The notes under the pieces were generated by a model that saw only the letters and a program-made list of their open reading frames with translations, was not told the DNA's origin and made no database searches. From Candidatus Saganbacteria bacterium (GTDB lineage: Bacteria > Margulisbacteria > WOR-1 > XYC2-FULL-46-14 > XYC2-FULL-37-10): a stretch of 64,000 nucleotides of DNA. The stretch spans positions 74,078 to 138,077 of the forward strand of contig JACRPL010000003.1 of the NCBI GenBank assembly GCA_016223245.1, written 5' to 3'. A program made the position numbers and the translations under genes. Within the stretch, counting starts at the first letter, position 1. Each line of letters starts with the position of its first letter. Of the stretch, positions 40,785 through 51,053 are shown in pieces.

Positions 40785-41909
40785 ATGGCCACAGTAGGAA
40801 ATGTTGGAAGAATCACGCCGCTAAGCAGAACAAGAGCCTTGTCAGCTGCGCAAGGTATAGGCCCTGTTGTTGATGAAGCCGCCGGAAAATATCCTTTGGT
40901 TTTTGCAAGGTTTGGGGTTGTAACTCCTTTTGCGGCGGTGGCGCTGGGACGAGAGTTCGAGGTGCATGATAAGCATAATAAAGTAGCCGTTGTTGGGGAA
41001 TATCTGCAGAGTATTTTAGATAGTTGGGATTTTGATACCGCAATAAGGCTTGGCATGGTACAGGATGTATTGCAAGCTACCGGGCTCAAAGTAACCACAA
41101 TGCCTTGGAAAGGATCCCCTGATGTTATTTATGCGCTGCATGGCGGATCGGAACATGCTTTAGCTGAAAGGATCGTGAAACAAACCATTGCCGATGATCC
41201 GGCGCAAATTGTGAATCTGATGCTTCAACCTTATGGGATCAAAGTGAATTGCAATGTGGAGAACTTTACACCGGAGATGTCCAACCGGTTGGCGGAAGCA
41301 TTTCTTGAGGCGCGAAAAATAGGCCTCGTCGCATTTTCCCTTAGGCGAAATATAGAGCATATAAACATAACGGATGGCATCAGATGGAAAGGGCATCCAA
41401 ATATTTATGTTGATGGAAATGGCCGTAATGGGTTTTTAATGATCCCAATTGAAGCGCTTTCAAGCGATGGTTTCGTTGATCAATTTAAGGCAGCATTACG
41501 CGCGATCAAAAATAGAGACCATGCTGTAAGAACAGTGGAAAGACGAACCGAAGCCGCCGCAGGGCGTATATATTCTGAAGCGGAAGTTTCCCAAATGTCG
41601 GATATTGAATATTTGACGGTGAAGTTGGCATGGCAGGAATGTGTTTTTTCTATTGAAAGAGGAATTGAATTGACGCAAGATGAAATTGCAAATTTGATCG
41701 CGGCGCTTGAAGGGATAGTCAGGAAGGTTGATATTAACCATATTAATGTTGTCGGGACCGTTCAGTGGAAATTAATGGATGACGCTAGAATAAAAACATT
41801 TCTTGACCCTTTTAATCGTCTTTTATTGATCTCGATAGAAGAGTTATCGAATGTTAGGCTTGCTGAACACCTTTTAGCTAAATTTGTTCAAGCTTATAGG
41901 CTTATCTAA
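40785..41909 (+). CDS. hypothetical protein (no recognisable domain), divergent from the MutS-like gene
   Basis: Start chosen at MATVGN 10 nt after AGGAGG (ORF track 40695); 375 aa. Confidence 0.45.
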   Translation: MATVGNVGRITPLSRTRALSAAQGIGPVVDEAAGKYPLVFARFGVVTPFAAVALGREFEVHDKHNKVAVVGEYLQSILDSWDFDTAIRLGMVQDVLQATGLKVTTMPWKGSPDVIYALHGGSEHALAERIVKQTIADDPAQIVNLMLQPYGIKVNCNVENFTPEMSNRLAEAFLEARKIGLVAFSLRRNIEHINITDGIRWKGHPNIYVDGNGRNGFLMIPIEALSSDGFVDQFKAALRAIKNRDHAVRTVERRTEAAAGRIYSEAEVSQMSDIEYLTVKLAWQECVFSIERGIELTQDEIANLIAALEGIVRKVDINHINVVGTVQWKLMDDARIKTFLDPFNRLLLISIEELSNVRLAEHLLAKFVQAYRLI

Positions 41910-42030
41910 AAGAAAAAGCAACTGGGACTAAAGCTGGATTCCTCCCGCCTTGGCGGGACTAGATTCTTCCCCCTCGACAAGCTCGGGGTCAGAATGACAC
42001 ATTGTTATCACTCTGATATAATAAAAATAT

Positions 42031-43014
42031 ATGAAAGTAAATAGCAAAGATTACCGAACAGTCTGGATGGAAAAGCATTCGGTATTCATGATAGAACAGA
42101 ATCTCCTTCCGTTCGAATTCAAGATCGTTGAACTTAAAAATTATCATGAAACCTGCCATGCGATCAAGACAATGATAGTGAGGGGGGCGGGGGCGATCGG
42201 TGCTACTGCCGGGTTTGCAATGGCGCAAGCATTTCTTGCTGGAGAAGATGTTGAAAAGGCAAAAAAAGAGATAGAAAATACTAGGCCAACAGCCCAAAAT
42301 CTTTTTTATGCGGTCAACCGTGTCTTTTCCTCAAAATCTCCTGCCAAAGAAGCGCAAGCAATAGCAAATGAAGATGCGGCTGCCTGCAAAAAAATAGGCG
42401 AATATGGAAATGAGTTGATAAAAGACGGATTTAATATTGAAACCCACTGCAATGCCGGCTGGCTGGCATTTGTCGATTATGGAAGCGCCCTTTCGCCGAT
42501 TTATGCCGCTAGGAGACAAAAGAAAAAAGTATTTGTTTATGTTGATGAAACAAGACCGAGGGGGCAGGGGGCGCGGCTTACCGCATGGGAGCTTTATAAC
42601 GAAAAAGTTCCTCATAAAATTATTCCCGATAATGCGGGGGCTTATTTAATGTCTCAAGGCAAAGTCGACATGATGATCGTCGGAGCCGATAGGATCGCCA
42701 AAAACCATGATGTTGCAAACAAGATAGGCACATTCGAGAAAGCGATCGCGGCCAAAGAATTCGGCATTCCATTTTATATTGCCGCCCCAACTTCAACATT
42801 TGATAAAAACTGCAAAACAGGAAAAGATATACCGATAGAAGAAAGAAGCGAAAACGAAGTGCTGTACCAGACCGGACCAAGCAAAGCGGGGAAAATTGAA
42901 AAAATATTGGTCGCTTCTCCCGGATCGCATGCGCTAAATCCGGGATTTGATGTAACGCTTGCAAAATATATTACAGGAATAATTACAGAAAACGGCATAA
43001 TAAAACCTTATTGA
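42031..43014 (+). CDS. mtnA: S-methyl-5-thioribose-1-phosphate isomerase family protein (eIF-2B-like)
   Basis: 327 aa; TVWMEKHSVFMIEQNLLPFE and RGAGAIGATAGFAMA motifs of MtnA/e2b2 family. Confidence 0.7.
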   Translation: MKVNSKDYRTVWMEKHSVFMIEQNLLPFEFKIVELKNYHETCHAIKTMIVRGAGAIGATAGFAMAQAFLAGEDVEKAKKEIENTRPTAQNLFYAVNRVFSSKSPAKEAQAIANEDAAACKKIGEYGNELIKDGFNIETHCNAGWLAFVDYGSALSPIYAARRQKKKVFVYVDETRPRGQGARLTAWELYNEKVPHKIIPDNAGAYLMSQGKVDMMIVGADRIAKNHDVANKIGTFEKAIAAKEFGIPFYIAAPTSTFDKNCKTGKDIPIEERSENEVLYQTGPSKAGKIEKILVASPGSHALNPGFDVTLAKYITGIITENGIIKPY

Positions 43015-43060
43015 CATATTTACTCTATCATGATAAAGTAAATCATAGGTTAATATTATC

Positions 43061-44200
43061 ATGTTCAAGAGATTGCAAAAATTTGTTGATTTAGGCTTGG
43101 AAACATGTTTTCTATGGGGAGCTAGGCAAACCGGCAAAAGCACATTGTTAAAAACATTATTCCCCAATGCTCCATATTATGATCTTTTACTTTCAGATGA
43201 ATTTGCTCGTTTAACTGCCAGTCCCGCGATACTTCGGCAAGACCTATTGGCCAATCACCCTAAAGGCCCTGTTATTCTTGATGAAGTTCAAAAGATACCT
43301 CCTTTGCTTGATGAAGTCCAATGGTTGATTACCAATCATAAAATCCAATTTATCCTTTGTGGTTCAAGCGCCAGGAAACTTAGGCGCGAAGGCGGCAACC
43401 TGCTTGGGGGGAGGGCTCTACGCTATGAACTTTTTCCGCTGGTTTATAAAGAGATCCCTGATTTTGATCTCTTGCGCGCGCTTAACCATGGGCTTATTCC
43501 AAGGCATTATCTCGCGGCAAAACCACAACCGTTGCTGGAATCATATGTTGGGGAATACCTCCAGGAAGAAATAGCCGCCGAGGCTGTCACACGCAACATC
43601 CCTGCTTTTACCAAATTTCTTACTGCCGCTGCCTTTAGCAACGGGAGTATCGTGAATTTTAAGAATATAGCCTCCGAGTGCGGCGTAAGTGCCGTCACGG
43701 CAAAAGCATATTTTCAGATCCTAACCGACACATTGGTCGCACGCTGGATCCCCGTCTTTCAAAAAAAACCAAAACGCCGCGTGATCCAGGCCCCCCGCTT
43801 TTATTTTTTCGACCTCGGCATAGTAAATTATTTATTGAAACGTCGGAATTTAGAGCCCGGAAGCGAGATTTTTGGGGCGGCTTTTGAGCATTATATATTA
43901 CAAGAGATGGTCGCTTACAGCCACTACTCCAGGAAAAAATTTGAAATAGCTTATTGGCGCACAGCTTCCCAGCTTGAAGTTGATTTTATTTTGGGCGACC
44001 ATGAAATAGCCGTGGAAATAAAAGCCGCCAAAAACGTTAACCTCTTCCATCTGAAAGGGCTCAAGGCCTTTTCGGAAGAATATTCTACAAGACAGAACAT
44101 TGTTGTTTCTCTGGATCCCCGGCCCAGGCAAATTGATAACATTAATATCCTGCCCTGGCAAGAATTCCTGGAAAAATTGTGGGCTGGCCAAATCATTTAA
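43061..44200 (+). CDS. AAA+ ATPase with DUF4143 domain
   Basis: 379 aa; GARQTGKST Walker A, DEVQ Walker B, C-terminal DUF4143-like region. Confidence 0.7.
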   Translation: MFKRLQKFVDLGLETCFLWGARQTGKSTLLKTLFPNAPYYDLLLSDEFARLTASPAILRQDLLANHPKGPVILDEVQKIPPLLDEVQWLITNHKIQFILCGSSARKLRREGGNLLGGRALRYELFPLVYKEIPDFDLLRALNHGLIPRHYLAAKPQPLLESYVGEYLQEEIAAEAVTRNIPAFTKFLTAAAFSNGSIVNFKNIASECGVSAVTAKAYFQILTDTLVARWIPVFQKKPKRRVIQAPRFYFFDLGIVNYLLKRRNLEPGSEIFGAAFEHYILQEMVAYSHYSRKKFEIAYWRTASQLEVDFILGDHEIAVEIKAAKNVNLFHLKGLKAFSEEYSTRQNIVVSLDPRPRQIDNINILPWQEFLEKLWAGQII

Positions 44201-44276
44201 CAAATAAAATCAGGATTGAACTCGCAGAATATTAGGAATATACTATCATCGAAATCTATCAACGGGAGGCATATTA

Positions 44277-44512
44277 TGAATTTTTTTGCTGATCGTTTCT
44301 TTGGATGGATGACATATGAACCTGTGATCGGCCTTATGATGGTAATATCCGCGCTTGTTTTATTTCTTGCAAATTATAAAAAATCCGAGAAACAGGAAAC
44401 ATTTTGGGAATGGGGAAAGCGCGTAATTGAATCGCTTGTTATCGTCTTATTATTCTTGGGGCTTTTATGGTCGTTCAGGGCGATATTGACCAATTGCCTG
44501 CAGCGCAAATAA
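44277..44512 (+). CDS. small membrane protein (possibly N-terminal piece of a frameshifted membrane protein)
   Basis: Start at MNFFADRFFGW; two TM helices; overlaps the next ORF in another frame. Confidence 0.3.
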
Positions 44513-45075
44513 ATTATCCGGAAGGCTGTTTGACCCCGACAACTATTTCAAAAACTTCGGATGGAAAGGGGACAATCTTGGAATGGAAATTGGATAAAGC
44601 CCTAACGACAGCGGGAATGGGAGTAGCGCTGCCAAAACCCGAACAGCCCGGCGCAAAAGTGAGCCTGGTATTAAAAAACAACCCTTATACTTTGATGCTT
44701 TTGGTGGTAACGATCTGCCTGACATTCTTGATCTTAGGGGAGAAGATCAACTTCTTGGAAATCTCCCTTTTATCAGCGGTCTATTACATCCTTTTTATCA
44801 CAATGGCCTCTGTTTCGGATCATTTCATCGGGTTTTTTGGGTCATTGGCTTTGGGCTCGGCGATGACGCTGTATCTATCGCACTTATTATATAGGAATTA
44901 TCCAAAAGAGCTGATCAGGAAAAATATTTATTATCTTGTGGTGTTTTTTGCTATTATTTATCCGATTTCCGGATTATTCCCAAGCATAGAGGATTCTTTT
45001 AAAGGGGTTGTAAATGTCTGTTTGATAATTTACCTGTTTTTTATCTCGCTTCATTCAAGAATTAATGGTGAATAA
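44467..45075 (+). CDS. integral membrane protein (unknown function)
   Basis: 202 aa, 4-5 hydrophobic helices. Confidence 0.4.
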   Translation: MVVQGDIDQLPAAQINYPEGCLTPTTISKTSDGKGTILEWKLDKALTTAGMGVALPKPEQPGAKVSLVLKNNPYTLMLLVVTICLTFLILGEKINFLEISLLSAVYYILFITMASVSDHFIGFFGSLALGSAMTLYLSHLLYRNYPKELIRKNIYYLVVFFAIIYPISGLFPSIEDSFKGVVNVCLIIYLFFISLHSRINGE

Positions 45076-45367
45076 GGGGAATATTACGTTTAATTTAAGG
45101 CGGATATATTTTGCAGGTTTATTGCTAATATTCCTTCTGCAAGCTTTATCGTATGCTTTGCAAAATAAACATATCTACGATAACGCCGATATTCTTTCTG
45201 GTCCTGACGAGCTGAAACTGGGAAAAACCCTTTCGGAATATGACAAGGCAAGCGATGTCGATATAGAAATATTAACCGTGAAAACCTTGAAAGGCCAAAC
45301 CCCGAGCGACCATGCCGACGTGATGTATAAAAGCTTGAAAGTCGGGAAAAATCCTTCAAATAGCTGA
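45065..45367 (+). pseudogene. TPM-domain (TLP18.3/Psb32-like) protein fragment, apparently truncated
   Basis: 100 aa with signal/TM then YDNADILSGPDELKLGKTLSEYDKASDVDIEILTV resembling the TPM N-terminal half; ORF ends where the TPM fold should continue. Confidence 0.3.
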
Positions 45368-45618
45368 GCTCTTATAATAATTGCCATGAAGGAAGGCGAC
45401 ATCAGGATCGTAAGGTTTGATGCGAAGTATGTCTCTGTTTCGGGGACAAAACTTTTGGTTGAAGACGCGAAGGGCAAAAGAATTGTTGTTGTTACGCCAT
45501 TTATAATAAATAAAGTAATAGAAGCGATAAAGATGATGAAAAAATTCCATGTTTCCATTACTGCGAGGGTTGAAAAACTCGATCCTTTGACCCTGCAGTT
45601 CTTAGGGGTTGAACTTTA

Positions 45619-47898
45619 ATGGAGCAAGAAGCAATATTAAAACTTAAAGTCGTCGGTATGGATAATCCTCACTGCGTTGGGACGGTTGGCGGCGCGATTT
45701 CAAGCTTGCAGGGTATCATTTCAAAAGATCTAAGGGTTAATGAACGAGCGGTCATCAAATATGATCCGAAACTAGTCGGTCCAAGCCAAATAAAAAAAGT
45801 TATCGAAGAAGAAGGCTATACGCCGATCGAAGAGGAAGAACTAAGCCTTGATACGGAAAAACAGGCGCGCCAAGCGGAGATCCGTAATTTAAGAGATCGA
45901 TTTTTTGGGTCTTTTATTCTAAGCCTTCCTTTAATGTATTATATGCTGCATTTGCTTTTTGCCTGGCCAATGCCCGAGTTTATGATGAAAAATGCCGCAG
46001 TTATCGAATTTATTCTAACGACGCCTGTTATGGCTTTTGGCAGCATATTTTTTACGCGAGGGATCGTTTCACTTGTTAAAACAAAAACTTCGAACATGGA
46101 TACCTTGGTATCGCTTGGCGTTGGGGCCGCATATTTATACAGTTTATTTGTGACGATCCTCATTTTATTGGGAAATAATACTCTGGGAATGGCCGACCTT
46201 TATTATGAAGTTGCGGGCTTCCTTGTTTCATTCATATTGCTTGGCAAGTATTTGGAAGCTATAGCCAAGGGTAAGACATCCGATGCCATAAAGAAATTGA
46301 TCGGCCTCCAGCCAAAGACCGCGATGGTTGAAATTTCAGGCAAAGAAACCGAAAAAAATATAAATGACGTCGTAGTAGGCGATATTGTTGTCGTAAAACC
46401 CGGAGGAAAAGTCCCTGTTGACGGGGAGATCGTAAGCGGACATTCGTCAGTTGATGAATCTATGGTTACGGGGGAGAGCATCCCGGTCGAAAAGAATATT
46501 GGCGATAAAGTAATTGGCGCGACCATAAATAAAACGGGTTCATTCAAATTAAAAGCGGAAAAGATCGGAAAAGATTCGTTCTTGGCACAAGTCATAAAAC
46601 TTGTTGAAGAAGCGCAGGGAAGCAAAGCCCCGATTGAAGAGCTTGCGGATAAGATCTCATCCTATTTTGTCCCTACGGTGTTCTTGATCGGCGTCGTTTC
46701 TTTTATTGTTTGGCTGATCGTCGGTCAGACTTTTGCTTTTGCCCTTTCGGCTTTTATCGCGGTCATTATTATCGCGTGTCCATGCGCGTTGGGCCTTGCA
46801 ACTCCTACGGCTGTGATGGTTGGAACTGGACTTGGGGCCGAACACGGCATATTGATCAAGAGCGCCGAGGCATTACAGATGGCCTCGCAGATAAAGACTA
46901 TCGTATTTGATAAAACGGGAACACTAACGAAAGGGGAGCCGGTGGTGACGGATATTGTCCCGGTGGAACCTGCGAATAAACTTCGCGGTTCCACCGGAAG
47001 TTTATCGGAACCGAGACGTTTAGTCTCAGGTTCCGATCTTTTACTATATGCAGCGATTGCTGAAAAGAGGTCCGAGCATCCATTGGCTGAAGCTATATTG
47101 AAAAAAGCCAAGGATGAAAACCTTGAAATTCCCGAACCCGATAAATTTGATTCTGTCTCGGGTAAGGGCGTTGTCGTTTCATATAAAAACGAAGAGATCT
47201 TGTTCGGAAACAGGGGGCTCATGAACGATAAGAAAGTTGATTTCTCCGATATTGAGGGAAAGATACAAGAATTAGAATCCCTTGGAAAGACCGTTATGCT
47301 TGTCGCCAAAAATAATATTTTCCAAGGTTTGATCGGGGTTTCAGATACACTAAAAGAAAATTCGGTCACCGCGGTGAGCATCCTCAAAAAAATGGGGATA
47401 AATGCTTTGATGATAACGGGCGACAATAAGCGGACAGCCGATGCAGTGGCCAAGCTTGCGGGGTTGAGCAAGGCATTAGCGGAGGTATTGCCGCAGGATA
47501 AAGCGGAAAATATAAAAAAGCTCCAAAAATACGGAGATATTGTTGCAATGGTGGGCGATGGGATCAACGATGCTCCGGCTCTAGCGCAGGCCGATATAGG
47601 AATTGCGATCGGATCCGGCACCGATGTCGCGATAGAGACAGGGGAAATCATTTTGGTTAAAGACGATATGCGGGATGTTGTGACCGCGATCAAACTTAGC
47701 AAGTATGCGATGCTAAAGATCAAACAAAACCTCTTTTGGGCTTTTATTTATAATGTGATCGGGGTCCCGGTAGCCGCCGGAGTTTTATATCCTTTTACCG
47801 GACTTTTACTTAATCCGGTAATTGCCGGCGCCGCAATGGCCTTTTCATCTGTTTCTGTTGTAAGTAATTCGTTACTTATGAAGCGGTTTAGGGCTTAA
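45619..47898 (+). CDS. copA: copper-translocating P-type ATPase
   Basis: 759 aa; N-terminal HMA-like domain, CPC transmembrane motif ([13 protein letters not shown]), [17 protein letters not shown]. Confidence 0.9.
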   Translation: MEQEAILKLKVVGMDNPHCVGTVGGAISSLQGIISKDLRVNERAVIKYDPKLVGPSQIKKVIEEEGYTPIEEEELSLDTEKQARQAEIRNLRDRFFGSFILSLPLMYYMLHLLFAWPMPEFMMKNAAVIEFILTTPVMAFGSIFFTRGIVSLVKTKTSNMDTLVSLGVGAAYLYSLFVTILILLGNNTLGMADLYYEVAGFLVSFILLGKYLEAIAKGKTSDAIKKLIGLQPKTAMVEISGKETEKNINDVVVGDIVVVKPGGKVPVDGEIVSGHSSVDESMVTGESIPVEKNIGDKVIGATINKTGSFKLKAEKIGKDSFLAQVIKLVEEAQGSKAPIEELADKISSYFVPTVFLIGVVSFIVWLIVGQTFAFALSAFIAVIIIACPCALGLATPTAVMVGTGLGAEHGILIKSAEALQMASQIKTIVFDKTGTLTKGEPVVTDIVPVEPANKLRGSTGSLSEPRRLVSGSDLLLYAAIAEKRSEHPLAEAILKKAKDENLEIPEPDKFDSVSGKGVVVSYKNEEILFGNRGLMNDKKVDFSDIEGKIQELESLGKTVMLVAKNNIFQGLIGVSDTLKENSVTAVSILKKMGINALMITGDNKRTADAVAKLAGLSKALAEVLPQDKAENIKKLQKYGDIVAMVGDGINDAPALAQADIGIAIGSGTDVAIETGEIILVKDDMRDVVTAIKLSKYAMLKIKQNLFWAFIYNVIGVPVAAGVLYPFTGLLLNPVIAGAAMAFSSVSVVSNSLLMKRFRA
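46969..47034 (+). repeat. 66-bp hairpin repeat (CTGCGAATAAACTTCGCGGTT...GGAACCGAGACgtttagGTCTCaGGTTCC) in-frame inside copA
   Basis: First 22 nt match 150-171 upstream of nadE; hairpin architecture parallels GAAACCGCGAC...GTCGCtGGTTTC of the IS-end repeat; 66 nt = 22 codons. Confidence 0.6.
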
Positions 47899-47965
47899 AA
47901 AGGAGATTTCAGGGCGGGCTGGCAGAAACGCTTAAGCCCACTTTTATTTTAAAGCACGATCTGCT

Positions 47966-48118
47966 TTAGAACCAGCCTTGAGCCTTGCCTATTAAGTAGA
48001 TCGCTACTACGGCAACCATGATCATCATTCCCCATTCGTGTATGCATGGGGCGCCAGGCCGATTATTTTTACAATCTTCTGTCAAGCCGCACATTAATGC
48101 CATTTCTTTCACCCCCAT
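47966..48118 (-). CDS. small Cys-rich membrane peptide (50 aa), unannotated in the ORF track
   Basis: MGVKEMALMCGLTEDCKNNRPGAPCIHEWGMMIMVAVVAIYLIGKAQGWF; ATG preceded by GGGGGTGAAAG; between copA and galT. Confidence 0.25.
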   Translation of the reverse strand: MGVKEMALMCGLTEDCKNNRPGAPCIHEWGMMIMVAVVAIYLIGKAQGWF

Positions 48119-48267
48119 TTTTATTATTTAAATTATATTCCCAAGAATAAAGAGCGTATGTAAGATAACTTACGCTTTGCTTTTAGGTGGTTTTTCGACT
48201 TGACATGCATTGGGCATAACGATAGACTCTATCGCAATATGAAATAGAAAAAAGGGGGGGGGATAAT

Positions 48268-49296
48268 TTGCCGGAATTAAGACAGGATCCGACCACTAAA
48301 GAATGGGTGATCATCGCAACAGAGAGAGGCAAGCGGCCGGAAGATTTTAAAACTCAAGCTGATGATGAAGATCCGGAAACGAAAAAGACTTGCCCTTTTT
48401 GTCCCGGCAAAGAAAGTCGAAGTCCGGGAGAGATTTTCGCTTTTAGAGATCCAGGATCCAAACCCGATACTCCCGGTTGGAAAGTCCGTGTCGTGCCTAA
48501 TAAATTTCCGGCCTTAATTCCTGGTTCCAACGGTGAACGCCATATTCAAGCGGATCACTTTAAATACATGGCCGGAGTCGGCAAACATGAAGTAGTGATC
48601 GGCACCCCGCGCCATGAAGAGGATATCCCTCTTATGAGCGATGAACAGATTGAACTTGTTTTTTTGGCTATCCAAGAGCGCTGTAAAGCTCTTTGTGAAG
48701 GCCAAAATCTGCAGCATGTAACTATTTTTAAGAATCATAAGCAAGCCGCTGGGACTTCTCTTAGGCATCCGCACTGCCAAATTATTGCTACCCCTTTTGC
48801 GCCGGTCCAGGTCCGCCACCGCTTAGAAACTGCTATGAGTTATTTTGATGAAAACGGAGAATGTGTTTTTTGCGCAACCTTGGAAAAAGAAAAATTTTTC
48901 AAGAAGCGGATAATCTTGGAAACGGATTCTTATATCGCTTTTTCGCCTTTTGCATCCAGCACTCCCTTTGAAACCCAAATTTTCCTAAAGAGGCATGCTT
49001 CTAATTTCTGGCAAAGCACTAAAGAAGAAGTAAAAGAAGCCGCCCACGCGGTCAAGATGATCTTAGGCAAAATGTATGTAGGTTTGCATAATCCGCCGTA
49101 TAATTTTGTTATTCGTTCAGGGCCATCACATGAACCGCATCTCGAGTACTATCATTTTTTCATCCAGATCATACCTCGGATAACTGGGATCGCCGGTTTT
49201 GAGCTTGGTTCGGGAATTTATATCAATACGGTCGCACCAGAAGATGGGGCGGAATTTTTAAGAGAAATAAATTATAAGGGCGCAAATAACGGATGA
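48268..49296 (+). CDS. galT: galactose-1-phosphate uridylyltransferase family (HIT-like) protein
   Basis: 342 aa; CPFCPG zinc motif and HPHCQ active-site His-Pro-His; TTG start directly after a G9 homopolymer. Confidence 0.7.
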   Translation: MPELRQDPTTKEWVIIATERGKRPEDFKTQADDEDPETKKTCPFCPGKESRSPGEIFAFRDPGSKPDTPGWKVRVVPNKFPALIPGSNGERHIQADHFKYMAGVGKHEVVIGTPRHEEDIPLMSDEQIELVFLAIQERCKALCEGQNLQHVTIFKNHKQAAGTSLRHPHCQIIATPFAPVQVRHRLETAMSYFDENGECVFCATLEKEKFFKKRIILETDSYIAFSPFASSTPFETQIFLKRHASNFWQSTKEEVKEAAHAVKMILGKMYVGLHNPPYNFVIRSGPSHEPHLEYYHFFIQIIPRITGIAGFELGSGIYINTVAPEDGAEFLREINYKGANNG

Positions 49297-49586
49297 AAAT
49301 TAAAAATAGCGTGGAAGCCCTGCTCGAAATTACAGGCGGCCTTTGTTCGGCGGCTTTGGCTTCTATTTGCTGCTGGGGACCGGTAGTTTTAGCGGCTTTT
49401 GGGTTGGGGAGCGGAGCGCTTGCTCAATTTACTGCATATCGATGGGGCTTTATTCTTCTCGCATTTATTTTTCTTAGTAGATCTCTTTACCTGGCTTATA
49501 AGGCCCAGAGCAAGAGAAATATTATTATTATTTTGGTTATTATTTTTATTGCTGTATTTTTTATTTTATTGCCGTTTGCGCTGTAA
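49293..49586 (+). CDS. MerT/MerF-like mercuric ion transport membrane protein
   Basis: 97 aa; first TM carries vicinal Cys pair (GGLCSAALASICCWGPVVLAAFGLGSGA) like MerT TM1. Confidence 0.5.
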   Translation: MKIKNSVEALLEITGGLCSAALASICCWGPVVLAAFGLGSGALAQFTAYRWGFILLAFIFLSRSLYLAYKAQSKRNIIIILVIIFIAVFFILLPFAL

Positions 49587-49636
49587 TCATTCGAAATGAA
49601 TATATTGTGTAAACCTGGTTAAAGAGGAGCAAAATA

Positions 49637-51046
49637 ATGCGAAAAAAGGAATATGATTTCATTATCATTGGCGGCGGGGCGGCTGGTTTTGCCGCGGCGA
49701 TCAAGGCAGACGAGCTGGGTGCAAAAACAGCCATGATCAATGCCGGCTTGCCGATCGGCGGCACCTGCGTTAATGTTGGTTGCGTCCCGACCAAGCATCT
49801 TTTAGAGGTGGGACGCGATTATTATGCGCCGCAGCATCCCCGCTTTGCTTCATTGGGCAGGGTTAAGGCGGAATTTAATTTTAAACAAGCGATCGAGGAA
49901 AAAAACAAACTGGTCGCCGGGTTTCGCCAAAGCAAATACAAAAATGTTGTGGCCAATCTTAAAAGGGTCACTTTTGTCGCTGGGCGAGCTGAATTTGTTT
50001 CGGCTAAAGAGATTAAAGTTGGCAAAGATCTGCTGACGGCTAAGAAATTTTTGATCACCACTGGGTCGTCATCTAAAATCTTGCCGATTCTAGGGCTTGA
50101 TCAGGTCGATTATCTAACTAATGTTGAGGCTCTAAATTTAAAAAGGCTTCCTAAATCAATAATTATTTTAGGCGGAGGGCCGCTTGGCTTAGAATTTGCC
50201 CAACTTTTTAGACATTTTGGGACTAAAGTAACTGTAATCGAACTTATGGATAAGATTCTCTCGGCGCAGGAAAATGAGATTTCTTTAGCTTTGCGAAAAT
50301 ATCTTGAGACGGATGGAATTACGCTTAAAGTCGGGGCTAAAACCACGCGAGTCCAACAAAAAGGCGGACTAAAAAATGTTGAGATCAAAAGCCTGGGAAA
50401 AACTTTTCAATTAAGCGCCGAAGAATTGTTGCTGGCGGCAGGGGTAGTCGGAAACACCTCCAATATGGGGCTGGAAGAAATCGGCGTCAAAATTGGCGAG
50501 GGTGGCTTTATTAAGGTTAACAAATATTATCAAACTTCCGTGCCAAATATCTGGGCAGCTGGCGATGTGGCCGGACCGCCCTGGCTGGAAACAGTGGCAG
50601 CTAAGGAAGGCAACTTGGCTGCGCGCAATGCTTTGTCCAATGCCAAGTTAAAAGTAAATTATGATGCTGTGCCTTATGCTGTTTTCACTTCACCGCAAGT
50701 TGGCAGCGTTGGATTAACCGAAGAAGAATATATGAAGCGTTTTAAGACCTGTGCCTGTCGCGTAGTCTGGATGGATCAAGTTCCCAAAGCTTTAGCCGTC
50801 AAAGAAACCCGCGGTCTGATCAAAATGGTTATTCACCATAAAACAGGGAAGATAATGGGGGTACATATTTTATCGGCTGAAGCGGTCGACTTGATCCACG
50901 AAGCAACGATTGCCGTCAAGTTTGGCTTAACTATTGACCAAATAATCGATACTTTGCATGTTTTCCCGACTCTGTCCGAAGCCATCAAACTTGTTGCTCA
51001 ATCATTTAATAAGGATATTAGCCAATTGAGTTGTTGCGTGGAATAA
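49637..51046 (+). CDS. merA: mercuric reductase-like pyridine nucleotide-disulfide oxidoreductase
   Basis: 469 aa; DFIIIGGGAAGF FAD motif, redox-active GGTCVNVGCVPTK, C-terminal vicinal Cys pair (...LSCCVE). Confidence 0.7.
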   Translation: MRKKEYDFIIIGGGAAGFAAAIKADELGAKTAMINAGLPIGGTCVNVGCVPTKHLLEVGRDYYAPQHPRFASLGRVKAEFNFKQAIEEKNKLVAGFRQSKYKNVVANLKRVTFVAGRAEFVSAKEIKVGKDLLTAKKFLITTGSSSKILPILGLDQVDYLTNVEALNLKRLPKSIIILGGGPLGLEFAQLFRHFGTKVTVIELMDKILSAQENEISLALRKYLETDGITLKVGAKTTRVQQKGGLKNVEIKSLGKTFQLSAEELLLAAGVVGNTSNMGLEEIGVKIGEGGFIKVNKYYQTSVPNIWAAGDVAGPPWLETVAAKEGNLAARNALSNAKLKVNYDAVPYAVFTSPQVGSVGLTEEEYMKRFKTCACRVVWMDQVPKALAVKETRGLIKMVIHHKTGKIMGVHILSAEAVDLIHEATIAVKFGLTIDQIIDTLHVFPTLSEAIKLVAQSFNKDISQLSCCVE

Positions 51047-51053
51047 TTACTAT

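Noticed and set aside
41925-41990. Hairpins TCCCGCCttgGCGGGA and CCCCTCGacaagCTCGGGG after the 40785-41909 gene as a terminator
   Set aside because: The first stem is good but there is no downstream U-run. The second is not a true inverted repeat on checking. Left uncalled.
46725-47723. 332-aa minus-strand ORF inside copA
   Set aside because: Antisense to an unambiguous P-type ATPase frame carrying all diagnostic motifs. Low-complexity Ser/Ala/Ile translation typical of antisense frames.
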